DNA of 64,000 nt from a virus. The notes beneath the pieces are model-generated. The model searched no databases. It saw only the letters and a list, made by a program, of their open reading frames with translations, and was not told where the DNA came from. Within the stretch, counting starts at the first letter, position 1. Every line of letters starts with the position of its first letter. The position numbers were made by a program, and so were the translations under genes. Positions 19,120 to 28,325 of the stretch are shown in pieces. Location of the stretch: IMG/VR virus record IMGVR_UViG_3300020171_000022, positions 2,449 to 66,448 of that record. The stretch is one strand, 5' to 3'.

Positions 19120-19273
19120 GACCGCACCTCAGACATTTGACACTTTGAATTTTAATCTTCATGGTTTAATTGTATCCCTTATAAGTAAGTTTGTCAAGTT
19201 TTATTTTTCCATCGAAAATGCCCGCCTCCGGATCCCCTCTTCTAAGTTCCGGTTAAAGCCAGGCGGGGATGGC

Positions 19274-19498
19274 TTATTTGTCCCACTCTGCACGTTTAGA
19301 AATTTCAGCCTCGATTAGGGGCAATATTCTTTTTATTTCCCGAATTCTAATTTCAAAAGAGCTTAACAAACCCTTTCCATCCTTTAAGGATTCTTGCCAA
19401 CCCTCTAGGGTTAAATACCCATATTGATCTTTTTTCCAATGCCAACTGAAATGCCACGAGGAATCTATGATGTCATAAATTTCAGATTCTAAGCTCAT
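19274..19498 (-). CDS. hypothetical protein
   Basis: 74 aa in the leftward operon, RBS AGGGGAG. Confidence 0.55.
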   Translation of the reverse strand: MSLESEIYDIIDSSWHFSWHWKKDQYGYLTLEGWQESLKDGKGLLSSFEIRIREIKRILPLIEAEISKRAEWDK

Positions 19499-19510
19499 CT
19501 CCCTGTCTCC

Positions 19511-19699
19511 TTATTTCTTAATCTTCAAGGTCGTCTCTAAACCCGTTATCCTTCCTGTCAAACTCCCAATGTCTTTATCGTTCTGGTATACCATTTTTCT
19601 TATCTCATCTGCTTTCCAATCTCGCCAAATATAGCCTGCTTCAAAACTTGACAACATAAGGGCCAAGATAAATATTATCCAAACAATTGTCTCTCTCAA
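19511..19699 (-). CDS. small membrane protein
   Basis: N-terminal transmembrane helix. Confidence 0.55.
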   Translation of the reverse strand: MRETIVWIIFILALMLSSFEAGYIWRDWKADEIRKMVYQNDKDIGSLTGRITGLETTLKIKK

Positions 19700-19886
19700 G
19701 TTCCATCACCTCCAGCGCTAAATTTAATTCCTGAAGCTTCAGGGCTATCTCCGCCTGCATCTCAAGCAGAACCCCAATATCCCCCTGGAAAGACTGATCG
19801 ATTTGGAGGCTTCTCCAGGTGAAGCCTATTGCAACCCCCAGAAGCAATATCAGGAATATTTTTATAACTTTCTCCCACATAAACAT
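19641..19886 (-). CDS. small membrane protein
   Basis: N-terminal transmembrane helix plus coiled coil; RBS AAGGAGG. Confidence 0.5.
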   Translation of the reverse strand: MFMWEKVIKIFLILLLGVAIGFTWRSLQIDQSFQGDIGVLLEMQAEIALKLQELNLALEVMELERDNCLDNIYLGPYVVKF

Positions 19887-19964
19887 TCAACCTCCTTAAT
19901 AGCCATAAGATAAGTTTGAGCTTCCGATAATGGATGAAATTTTTGATTCTAAACATCAAACGAA

Positions 19965-20312
19965 TCATTCTATTCCCTCGTCGGTGGGTTCATATGGGGC
20001 AACTTTTTTCTTTCTCCCTTTTTTCGGTTTGACATAAAAAGGACTTTTATCTTCGGAAAGACTTTTTAACGTTTCAGGAAACTTTTCGGCATGTTCTACG
20101 GGAGGAACATCCCGAAATCTTCCAGAATCAGAAGTTCCTTTTGCCGCCTCAATTTCTGCCTTCTTCCGCCTATTTCTTCTTGGCTTCGGAGGTTCCGGGC
20201 GATTGATTTCGCCGATGAGAACTTTGGTTTCGATGGCATGAAGAGCAATTGCAAGAGACCTTTGCGCCTCCAATATAAGCCGCTTGATTTCCGATAAGTT
20301 AATCGTTTCCAT
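19965..20312 (-). CDS. hypothetical basic protein
   Basis: 115 aa, RBS AAGGAGG. Confidence 0.65.
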   Translation of the reverse strand: METINLSEIKRLILEAQRSLAIALHAIETKVLIGEINRPEPPKPRRNRRKKAEIEAAKGTSDSGRFRDVPPVEHAEKFPETLKSLSEDKSPFYVKPKKGRKKKVAPYEPTDEGIE

Positions 20313-20712
20313 GATTTACCTCCTTTTTATGTTTTGTGATATGGTAATTATTACATCTTGGGCACTGATAAATCTTAAAGCTCGTCCAGTCCGCCGTTTT
20401 TTGACCATACTTCATTTTGGTAGCAATTGCGGTGACAGCATCAATCTCTGAATCGTAACTTTGCTTCTTCCCGCAGAGGCCTTTTGATAGAATCTCTTTT
20501 ACCTCCTTCCTGGGCAGGCATCCTTGACTTTAGACACCTGCCCCTTTGCTAGCCTCCCCCTTCTGCCGACTCTCACGACTTGAAGGTTAACCCCTCCGTT
20601 GCCTTATCGGCTGTCCCCTGCCCCTGCCCCGAAGGTCGATGAGGTCTTATGTATGGACACGGAGGTGATGGTCGTTTATATGCCTTTTGCCTTCCCTTTT
20701 CCTTTTGTTTAC

Positions 20713-20741
20713 ATTAAAGCATATTTTTTACCTGTTGTCAA
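20713..20741 (-). promoter_or_regulatory. sigma70-type leftward promoter
   Basis: TTGACA-17 bp-TTTAAT with extended TG; faces the recombination operon and array A. Confidence 0.65.
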
Positions 20742-20807
20742 GAGAAATCTTCACTTTTTAAAAAATAATTCAACAAGGGTATTGACAAGAACTAAAAAGT
20801 ATGATAT

Positions 20808-20993
20808 ATGAATTACATGAAACAATTAGAATTGGCTAAAAAGATAGGCATTTCAAGGACTTATTTGAACGGTATCTTGAATGAAAAAAGGATTCCTGGA
20901 ATTGAATTAGCAAAAAGAATAAGTAAAATTACCGGCAAAGATTTCTTTGAGATGAGAAAAGATATAAAAAAATTGTTAAAGGAGCTACTGTAG
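20808..20993 (+). CDS. Cro/CI-type HTH regulator
   Basis: QLELAKKIGISRTYLNGILNEKRIPG; TTGACA at 20782 just upstream, divergent from the leftward promoter. Confidence 0.85.
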   Translation: MNYMKQLELAKKIGISRTYLNGILNEKRIPGIELAKRISKITGKDFFEMRKDIKKLLKELL

Positions 20994-20994
20994 A

Positions 20995-21819
20995 ATGAAT
21001 GAACTTCAAACTCAAATAAACCTTAAACAAAAATTAGATAAGATCGATAAACAGGTCTACGGAGAAGTGTTTGAGGGTTTCTGTGGATCAAGGTTGAGAA
21101 TCTTAATTGCAATGTGGGAGAAGGGGGAGGTGATTATTTCGGATTTTAGGGGAGGTAAAATCCGAACTTGGAATAAATTATCCATTGAAACTGGTAGGAG
21201 TGATAAATCTCTCAAACGCTGGCATGATCTTTATAAGAAATGTCCTGATAAGGAAAAATATATAAGAATCGCAGAAAAGCAAGCCGAGGAATGGACGGAA
21301 AAGGTGTTAAAACTTGGCTGGGAAGCCCTTCTATTGTCCGGTTCAAAGGAATGGTATACACCAAAGGAATATATCGATTCGGTTTATGAAGTCCTATCCG
21401 AAATAGATTTAGACCCCGCCTCATGTAAAGAAGCTAATCGAACCGTTAAAGCCAAGAAATTTTATTCAAAAGAAGATGATGCTCTCTCTTGTTCATGGAT
21501 AGGTAAGATATTTTTAAATCCACCATACGGCAATGACGGCCCTCCTTTTGTTGAAAAGTTAATTCAAGAAATTAAAGCCGGAAATGTTATCGAAGCTATC
21601 TTACTGGTCAATTCCAGGGCCACAGATGCAGAATGGTATCAACCTCTTTATAATGGACTTATTTGTTTTACGGATCACCGTATAGATTTTGATTCACCTG
21701 ATGAAAAAAATACGAGTTCGACTCATGGCAGTTGTTTTATTTATTTTGGGCCTAATGAAAAAAAATTTGCTGATTCATTTTCAAAACATGGAAGCATTTT
21801 AAAGAGATTTAATGGGTAA
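20995..21819 (+). CDS. phage DNA N6-adenine methyltransferase
   Basis: EWYTP, DLDPAS, FLNPPY motifs; extra N-terminal helical domain. Confidence 0.88.
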   Translation: MNELQTQINLKQKLDKIDKQVYGEVFEGFCGSRLRILIAMWEKGEVIISDFRGGKIRTWNKLSIETGRSDKSLKRWHDLYKKCPDKEKYIRIAEKQAEEWTEKVLKLGWEALLLSGSKEWYTPKEYIDSVYEVLSEIDLDPASCKEANRTVKAKKFYSKEDDALSCSWIGKIFLNPPYGNDGPPFVEKLIQEIKAGNVIEAILLVNSRATDAEWYQPLYNGLICFTDHRIDFDSPDEKNTSSTHGSCFIYFGPNEKKFADSFSKHGSILKRFNG

Positions 21820-22210
21820 TATAAAGAATCAAAAAGCACATTCTGAAATAAGGGTGGATTGGGAATTTTTAAACGATTGTTTTCCAAGAAATATTCGGGT
21901 TACAGATTTGGATGGTTTTATCGAAATAAATTCCAGGGTTTTAATTTTGGAACATAAACAAAAAAATCAAGAAATTCCATATGGACAGGCAATGGCGTTT
22001 ACGAAGATAATAGAAAAAAATAAAATTAAAGTGATTGTTTTCTGGGCAGATTTAGATAATATGGGAAATATAGTTAAACTTTATCAAACAAGAATTTTTG
22101 ATTCAACAGATTCAAATGTTTCGATAAAAAATGATTATTGGCCAAATATCCAGAATTTAAAAGACAAAATTAAAGCATGGGTAAAATGGGCGGAGGAACA
22201 AGAAAAATAA
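21812..22210 (+). CDS. putative PD-(D/E)XK nuclease-fold protein
   Basis: TDLDG...ILEHK...GQ pattern. Confidence 0.55.
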   Translation: MGNIKNQKAHSEIRVDWEFLNDCFPRNIRVTDLDGFIEINSRVLILEHKQKNQEIPYGQAMAFTKIIEKNKIKVIVFWADLDNMGNIVKLYQTRIFDSTDSNVSIKNDYWPNIQNLKDKIKAWVKWAEEQEK

Positions 22211-22524
22211 GTGACTTTATCATTCTACGGAAGGCTATCGGGATAACCCATGAATCCCATAACCACGGTTTATCGCCTAAAATTAAGGGGTTATAATCTC
22301 GCCGATATTGCAAGGGAGGTAAAAACATCACGGCAACTTGTGCGGGCAACCATTTATACGAATCCGCAGAGGGGAAAGATAATGATGAAGATCAGGAAAA
22401 GGATTGAGGAAATCCTGAATAATTAAAGGAGGTAACATGTTCTTAACCGGACTCATCATCGGCCTATTTATTGGAGCATTTATAGGCATCCTCACGGTGT
22501 GCATATTGAGGGTGAGCAACGACG

Positions 22525-22731
22525 ATGCCTAAATGCTTCTTCTGCCAGGCTCTGATCGATCCCCTCACTTCGAGATGCATAAATGGTCATTCAATCGATG
22601 TCGCCTACGTTTTGAGAGTTCGAGCCGAACAGGCCAAGCATACCATTAAACGCCATACCTTCTGGGGAGACTATAAAACTCGGAAGAGGGGAAGGAAGAA
22701 AAAATTAGATAAACTTTTAGAAAAGGATTAA
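22525..22731 (+). CDS. hypothetical protein
   Basis: 68 aa, CxxC...CxxxH, basic tail. Confidence 0.5.
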   Translation: MPKCFFCQALIDPLTSRCINGHSIDVAYVLRVRAEQAKHTIKRHTFWGDYKTRKRGRKKKLDKLLEKD

Positions 22732-23023
22732 GGGAGATCATCGAGGGCATCTACTTCTAGTGAGTTGCGGCCAATAGGGTGAAAACCAAAATAAGAGATT
22801 GCATAAGACAATCCATATGAGTGAAAGGCTCTTCTATTGGCCGTCAACTCCAGTGATTTGTTATCTTGCTTGACTCAATAGGAATGACAAAAAGTGCTAA
22901 CCCGAATAACACTGACAAATCATTCGGCTGACGGGCAGCAAACCGGAACCGTAATAGTTTCGGGGTTAAGCAAGATAACGTAGAGGTCAGCGGCGCTTTG
23001 GGTGTCCGCTGGAGTGATTGGTT

Positions 23024-23209
23024 ATGCCAGATATAATCCAAGAGATCCACCAAATCGAAGAAATTGCGTGGCAATGGTTTGCAGAGATATATCCACATGA
23101 ATGCTATGCCAGTTGGCCTGACCGATTCTGGGACTTCTTCCATATCAAATGTCCTAATGTGACACGTGAACAGATGGAACGGATACTTTCAGAAACGGAT
23201 GATGCATAA
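23024..23209 (+). CDS. cassette hypothetical protein
   Basis: ATG within GTTATGC box; TAA within GCATAAC. Confidence 0.6.
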   Translation: MPDIIQEIHQIEEIAWQWFAEIYPHECYASWPDRFWDFFHIKCPNVTREQMERILSETDDA

Positions 23210-23280
23210 CGTAGAGGTCAGCGGCGCTTTGGGTGTCCGCTGGAGTGATTGGTTAGGCGAAAACCACGAAAGGAGATTAT

Positions 23281-23469
23281 ATGGAAGATAACGAAAAATG
23301 TACAGTGCAATGTGACTCAAGGGTTGGTTCAGTATGTATGAAATATGCAAAAATGATTATGCGAAATAAAGAATCAAATAAATATGACCATGTTAATTCC
23401 ACAGAAGTAGGGATAAAAGTCCCGCAATGTTTATTTGCCGATAGTAAACGGCAAGGACACGTTGCCTAA
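23281..23469 (+). CDS. cassette Cys-rich protein
   Basis: RBS AAGGAG; stop in GCCTAAC. Confidence 0.65.
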   Translation: MEDNEKCTVQCDSRVGSVCMKYAKMIMRNKESNKYDHVNSTEVGIKVPQCLFADSKRQGHVA

Positions 23470-23525
23470 CGTAGAAATCAGCGGGAGCCTTTGGCAATCC
23501 GCTGGATTGACTGGTTAGGTGATTT

Positions 23526-23744
23526 ATGACCTTTGAATTATTTAATTGCACCCAAGTTCTTTTACGAGAGATTGCCATGCCCAAAGTAAGGCAAAAAGAT
23601 ATTTCTGCTACCTATGCTCTTGCGCTGCGGAGTTCCGATCCAACTGATTGGAAATCTGTAAATGAGGCAATCATAAAAAGATGGAGCCTATCTGGGTTAA
23701 AGCGAATTAAAGATATGGCTTGGTCTGGAAAATGTTTCACCTAA
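23526..23744 (+). CDS. cassette hypothetical protein
   Basis: 72 aa; RBS AGGTGA overlaps the attC box; stop in ACCTAAC. Confidence 0.7.
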   Translation: MTFELFNCTQVLLREIAMPKVRQKDISATYALALRSSDPTDWKSVNEAIIKRWSLSGLKRIKDMAWSGKCFT

Positions 23745-23818
23745 CGCAAAGGTCAGCGGCGTGTCGCACGTCCGCTGGAGTGACTTGTTATATTTTTTAT
23801 TAAAGTGAGGGAAGAAAA

Positions 23819-23965
23819 ATGAAATGCACCGATTGCGGCAAAGAACTTTCCAAGGAACAAGAAAAACATAATGAAGAAATAGCAGTAAAATCAGGAACAA
23901 AGAAATTAGATATGTGTGGTAATTGTTGGGCAGATTATTGCCGGCACGCTGAAACGGGTCAATGA
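23819..23965 (+). CDS. cassette Zn-finger protein (48 aa; not in the ORF track)
   Basis: MKCTDCGKEL...MCGNCW. Confidence 0.6.
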   Translation: MKCTDCGKELSKEQEKHNEEIAVKSGTKKLDMCGNCWADYCRHAETGQ

Positions 23966-24031
23966 ATATAACGTGCGGATAACCCGCCGCTATTGGCGGT
24001 CGGGTTGATTGACTGGTTATACGGAGGTCTT

Positions 24032-24184
24032 ATGTCTTTATTTTCTGATGAAGAGATTTGTATCGGTTGTAAATATGCCATGTTTCACGATTGTTGCCAT
24101 AAATTTTGTTTTTGTGATGAAAACCATGAAAGTGATAGAGACCATGTTTGTGGCAAGTGCCCATATAAAATTAATTCCACATAA
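24032..24184 (+). CDS. cassette Cys-rich protein
   Basis: RBS GGAGG; eight Cys in 50 aa; stop in ACATAAC. Confidence 0.6.
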   Translation: MSLFSDEEICIGCKYAMFHDCCHKFCFCDENHESDRDHVCGKCPYKINST

Positions 24185-24254
24185 CGTAGAGATCAGCGGT
24201 GCTTTAAGCATCCGCTGGAGTGATTGGTTATCTGATCTTTATACGGGAGGATAT

Positions 24255-24425
24255 ATGACTGATAAAGAAAAATTGGTGGGGATACGACAAGCATTGAAAG
24301 ACATAATAGCCTATCCTAAAGAAGGGGGTTATCCTTCCGAGGTAGTTTACGATAAGTTTGCGTATAAACGTATCGTGAAATCGTATCGTGATGGGCTTAA
24401 ACAAGTTCTTCGTGACTACAGATAA
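24255..24425 (+). CDS. cassette hypothetical protein
   Basis: RBS GGAGG; MTDKEKL...; stop in AGATAAC. Confidence 0.65.
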   Translation: MTDKEKLVGIRQALKDIIAYPKEGGYPSEVVYDKFAYKRIVKSYRDGLKQVLRDYR

Positions 24426-24451
24426 CGATGAAGATAAGCGGGCGGGCACAA

Positions 24452-25048
24452 ATGATGAATGAAAATAAAAGGGCTATTTCCGCTCCGCTTGATCGCCTTG
24501 TTATACCTCATGGGGGTTTCCGGTGTATCGTGGCCGATCCGCCGTGGCATTATGGCGTATGGGGCGGGGGTAGCGGAAGAGGATCGCGAGGTCTTGTTTT
24601 GGATGGGAAAAGTGTTCCGATGCCTTATCCAACTATGACAATTGATGAAATCGCCGCACTCCCCGTTGATAGATGCGCCGCAAATAATTGCGACCTGTAT
24701 CTATGGACAACGCAGAAATACTTGCCAGATGGTTTCAGGATTATGCAAATATGGGGCTTCCGGTATTGTCAAACCTTGACTTGGTGTAAGATTCCGCGAG
24801 GACTTGGGCAAGGCGGATTGTTCTGTCCGACAACAGAATTTATACTATTGGGGCGCAAAGGAACAATGCCACAGGGTAAGCGGCGTATTGATTCGACATG
24901 GTGGCAAGTCAAACGCCCGCATAACTCGCACAGCACAAAGCCTGAATTTTTTCAAGATTTGATTGAACAGGTGAGCAATGAGCCACGGCTGGAATTGTTT
25001 GCCCGCCGTTTTCGTTTAGGATGGACGGTATGGGGTAATGAGGTATAA
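24452..25048 (+). CDS. MT-A70 family adenine methyltransferase (cassette, start inside attC)
   Basis: ADPPW, YPTM, HSTKP, ELFAR..GW..WGNE; no Met between the attC and DPPW. Confidence 0.9.
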   Translation: MMNENKRAISAPLDRLVIPHGGFRCIVADPPWHYGVWGGGSGRGSRGLVLDGKSVPMPYPTMTIDEIAALPVDRCAANNCDLYLWTTQKYLPDGFRIMQIWGFRYCQTLTWCKIPRGLGQGGLFCPTTEFILLGRKGTMPQGKRRIDSTWWQVKRPHNSHSTKPEFFQDLIEQVSNEPRLELFARRFRLGWTVWGNEV

Positions 25049-25129
25049 CGTAGAGGTCAGCCGCACTTTTGAGTGTCGGCTGGAGTGACTGGTTATACGT
25101 TTTTTAATTTTATCATGGAGGTTAAAAAC

Positions 25130-25375
25130 ATGGCAACACAATTATCAAGAGAGAAAGTAGCACAAGCATGGTGCAAGCCTACAACGAGTCATAAAGTGAT
25201 GGATGTAGAGTTGGCAGAAGCCTTCGCCGAGATTCTTGATGAAATATGGTCTAAGCCCTGGCTCGGAAATGCCACTACGGACGAATTGCTGACTGAAATC
25301 AGAACACGCATTGAGATGGATGGTAAACTTCAATACCGAACTATTGATGTAGTTTTTACATCTCATTCTGTATAA
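25130..25375 (+). CDS. cassette hypothetical protein
   Basis: RBS GGAGG; stop in GTATAAC of the attI-like site. Confidence 0.7.
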   Translation: MATQLSREKVAQAWCKPTTSHKVMDVELAEAFAEILDEIWSKPWLGNATTDELLTEIRTRIEMDGKLQYRTIDVVFTSHSV

Positions 25376-25388
25376 CAGTGTAATAAGC
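25370..25388 (-). other. attI-like recombination site of array B
   Basis: - strand GCTTATTACACT-GTTATAC; matches 13601-13619 at 15 of the first 16 nt. Confidence 0.7.
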
Positions 25389-25623
25389 TGGCAGAGATGA
25401 TGAGGAAGATTTAGGGGAGATTCACGTGGGCATCCTACTCCGCAAAGCCGGTCCCCTGGAAAAGGGGAAGGGACGAGCGAACCTGGAATCTTTCCTGACG
25501 TTGCCTGACGAAAAACAGGATGGGCCACCTTCCGGCGTAACCTGATTAAAGTAGGTATGGTGGGACGGCCATGGGCCAATCACATCATTAAGCCGGTCAT
25601 TTAAAATAAGGGCCTGATTCTTT

Positions 25624-27024
25624 ATGATAATAAAAGCTGATTCTCGACATATCCCATTATCTGACCAGTCCGTGAACTGCATTATCACATCTCCACCTTA
25701 TTGGTCTTTGCGGAAATATGACATTCCCGATTTGATTTGGGATGGGGATGAAAAATGTGAACATAATTTTGATTTGAAGAGTTTGGAAATCCCTACTGGA
25801 ACTGGTGGAAATTGGCAACAAGCAAATAACGGTCCTGGATTGGCAATGGGTAAAGATCAGACTCGCTTTAAAGGTGATTGCAGAGAAGCAAATAAAGTCG
25901 ACACGGTAAAGATTCAACAAGGGTTCTGTCTTAAATGTAGTGCCTGGCGTGGTCAACTTGGCCTTGAACCCACCATTGAACTCTACCTGAAACATCTTCT
26001 TCAGATTATGGATGAGTGTAAGAGAGTGCTGAGGGATGATGGGACGATGTTTATCAACTTAGGCGACTCCTATTATGGTGGTAAGGGCATGAGTTCTCAG
26101 GCATGGTCAACAGATCATCAGGATCGCGAAACTCTTCAAAAGTCTCAACATCAAATTTGTGGAATGGGTGAAGCAAGACCAGCAGATTTACCGCAAGGAA
26201 ATATTCTTCCTAAATCCCTCTGCCTCATTCCTGAACGGTTCGCTATTGAGATGGTCAACCAGGGATGGATACTCAGAAATAAGATAATATGGAAAAAGCC
26301 AAATTGTATGCCTTCGTCAGCAAAAGATAGATTTACGGTCGACTGGGAAGGAATTTTCTTCTTTGTGAAGAGTAAGAAATATTGGTTTGAGCAACAGTAT
26401 GAACCTTTTTTGACAGAAAGTAATGCCGAGCGTCCACGAATGGGACAGGGAAATCAAACTATTTACAATCAAAAAAGGCGGGGTTTAATAAAAGGCAATG
26501 TTCAAATAGGAAGCGAACAGAGACACTCCGCCAATATAAATTACGGCTTAAAGGGCCGTAACCGTCGCTGTGTCTGGACAATAAGCACGGCCGCTTACTC
26601 CGAGGCCCATTTTGCAACCTTCCCAGAAGCCCTTGTCGAACCGATGATTAGGGCAGGATGTCCTAAATTCGTTTGTAATAAGTGTGGGAAGGCGAGGGAG
26701 AAGATTGTTGATGTTGAATATATTAAAAATAGACCGTCGGCGGGCAACGATCCACGAAGTAGGAATGAGGATAAACTGGCTGGAGGTAGGGGACCAGGTG
26801 GATATCGTGGGAATAATCTTCTTAAACAAACTAAAGAAATTGGCCTCACCGATTGCGGTTGTAACGCTGGTTTCCGGCCTGGAATAGTCCTTGATCCATT
26901 CTGCGGAAGTGGAACAGTCTTAAGGGTAGCTGAGAGGTTAGGCAGGCAGGTTATAGGGATTGACTTGGGATATGAGGAATTAGCAGATAAGAGAATATCT
27001 TGGAATCAGATGGAGTTAATTTAA
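25624..27024 (+). CDS. DNA methyltransferase (N4-cytosine/N6-adenine family)
   Basis: ITSPPYW, HFATFP, VLDPFCGSGT. Confidence 0.92.
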   Translation: MIIKADSRHIPLSDQSVNCIITSPPYWSLRKYDIPDLIWDGDEKCEHNFDLKSLEIPTGTGGNWQQANNGPGLAMGKDQTRFKGDCREANKVDTVKIQQGFCLKCSAWRGQLGLEPTIELYLKHLLQIMDECKRVLRDDGTMFINLGDSYYGGKGMSSQAWSTDHQDRETLQKSQHQICGMGEARPADLPQGNILPKSLCLIPERFAIEMVNQGWILRNKIIWKKPNCMPSSAKDRFTVDWEGIFFFVKSKKYWFEQQYEPFLTESNAERPRMGQGNQTIYNQKRRGLIKGNVQIGSEQRHSANINYGLKGRNRRCVWTISTAAYSEAHFATFPEALVEPMIRAGCPKFVCNKCGKAREKIVDVEYIKNRPSAGNDPRSRNEDKLAGGRGPGGYRGNNLLKQTKEIGLTDCGCNAGFRPGIVLDPFCGSGTVLRVAERLGRQVIGIDLGYEELADKRISWNQMELI

Positions 27025-27033
27025 AATTATCTC

Positions 27034-27062
27034 TTGACATTTGGATGTGAATGGTTTAGGAT
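27034..27062 (+). promoter_or_regulatory. sigma70-type promoter
   Basis: TTGACA-17 bp-TAGGAT. Confidence 0.6.
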
Positions 27063-27069
27063 GGGGATA

Positions 27070-27182
27070 GGCGGTGTAAGATGGACAGGAACCATAAAAC
27101 TAAAATTAGCCGATTAAAGACCTCCTCACGGAAGCACCGCCAATGCTTACTGTCCAAACCGTGTAGGGGGTTTTTTTTCGGC
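27070..27182 (+). ncRNA. structured leader RNA resembling c4/CI antisense systems
   Basis: long stem 27109-27182 whose loops CACCGCC and CTGTCCA are complementary to upstream GGCGGTG and TGGACAG. Confidence 0.5.
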
Positions 27183-27196
27183 TATTGAGGTAAACC

Positions 27197-27553
27197 ATGC
27201 CCACCTTTAAATGCTTCTTTTGTGATCAGCCTGCCTCGTTAGTTGCTTTCTACAGTAAAGCCTGTGGGTCCCGAATGGGTCGAACGCTAGAAAATCCTGA
27301 GTTGGTCTGTGAGACCTGCTACCGATCCCCTCGAATAATTAATCAACTATCCCCTATGCGTGGTGGGGATGAAGGGATGTTCTCTTTTAAATTTGAAGCT
27401 ATCGCAAGATGGAGCAAGAAAGAATTGGCTTGGCATCTATCAAAGAAGTTTTATGAGATAAACCATTTATCGAGTAAGCATTGGAGACGTATAATATGGA
27501 GAATTTTCTATCTTCATCAGAAACCAAAAAAGGTTCCGAATGAAATCACTTAA
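27197..27553 (+). CDS. hypothetical Zn-binding protein
   Basis: CFFC...CETC; RBS GAGG. Confidence 0.6.
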   Translation: MPTFKCFFCDQPASLVAFYSKACGSRMGRTLENPELVCETCYRSPRIINQLSPMRGGDEGMFSFKFEAIARWSKKELAWHLSKKFYEINHLSSKHWRRIIWRIFYLHQKPKKVPNEIT

Positions 27554-28325
27554 AGATTATCTCTTTTATCAAGATTGTTGGGCAACGATCTATTGTGGAG
27601 ATTGTCTTGAAGTGATGCCGATGCTTGAGGAAAAAATTAATATGATACTCTGCGATTTACCTTACGGAACTACCGCCTGTTCGTGGGATACCATAATTCC
27701 TTTTGAGTCGCTTTGGAAGGAATATAAGCGGCTAATAAAGGATAACGGAGCGATTATCCTGACGGCAAGCCAACCATTCACAAGTGCACTGGTGATGAGT
27801 AATATCAAGATGTTTAAGTATGAATGGATATGGGAAAAAGACAAAGGGGCAAATTTTGCGTTGTGTAAAAAAACACCAATGAAAACGCACGAAAATATAT
27901 TAGTGTTTGGTGGTGGGAAATACTTCCCTCAAATGAAAGAAAGGCCACCTGAAAATATTAGGCAAAATAAACCACGAGTGAACAAGTCAAGCCAGACAGG
28001 AACGGTGTGGCTTTGTGGAAAAAGCAAAGGTTCTCTTATTATGAAATATCCAGAAAGCATTTTGAACTTTAATGCTTGCCGTGAATATCTTCACCCCACC
28101 CAGAAGCCCGTTGCCCTCTTTGAATACCTTATTCACACCTACACGAATGAAGGGGATACGGTGATAGATAACTGTTTGGGAAGTGGCACAACCCTTGTAG
28201 CATCAACAAACCTCAACCGGAAGTCCATTGGTATAGAGATTAACCCAAAATACTGTGAGATAGCAGTTAAGAGATTGCGCCAAGAGGTATTCGACTTTAG
28301 GAAATTGCATGAACCAATTCCTTGA
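27540..28325 (+). CDS. DNA adenine methyltransferase
   Basis: CDLPYG, HPTQKPVAL, DNCLGSGTT. Confidence 0.92.
   Translation: MKSLKDYLFYQDCWATIYCGDCLEVMPMLEEKINMILCDLPYGTTACSWDTIIPFESLWKEYKRLIKDNGAIILTASQPFTSALVMSNIKMFKYEWIWEKDKGANFALCKKTPMKTHENILVFGGGKYFPQMKERPPENIRQNKPRVNKSSQTGTVWLCGKSKGSLIMKYPESILNFNACREYLHPTQKPVALFEYLIHTYTNEGDTVIDNCLGSGTTLVASTNLNRKSIGIEINPKYCEIAVKRLRQEVFDFRKLHEPIP

Larger units (their letters stand above)
22973..25388 (-). mobile_element. integron-type gene cassette array B (8 attC, no integrase; attC top strand -, ORFs on +)
   Basis: attC at 22973-23027, 23204-23258, 23464-23520, 23739-23793, 23966-24022, 24179-24233, 24420-24506, 25043-25098; 7 of 8 cassettes have perfectly complementary 7-bp cores. 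Confidence 0.9.

Noticed and set aside
24009-24254. N-terminal extension of ORF 24009-24425
   Set aside because: Reads through another cassette and an attC; the likely start is 24255 with GGAGG.
22973-25098. CRISPR array
   Set aside because: Repeats are 55-135 bp variable palindromes separated by 120-800 bp ORF-containing units; no cas genes; the anatomy fits attC.
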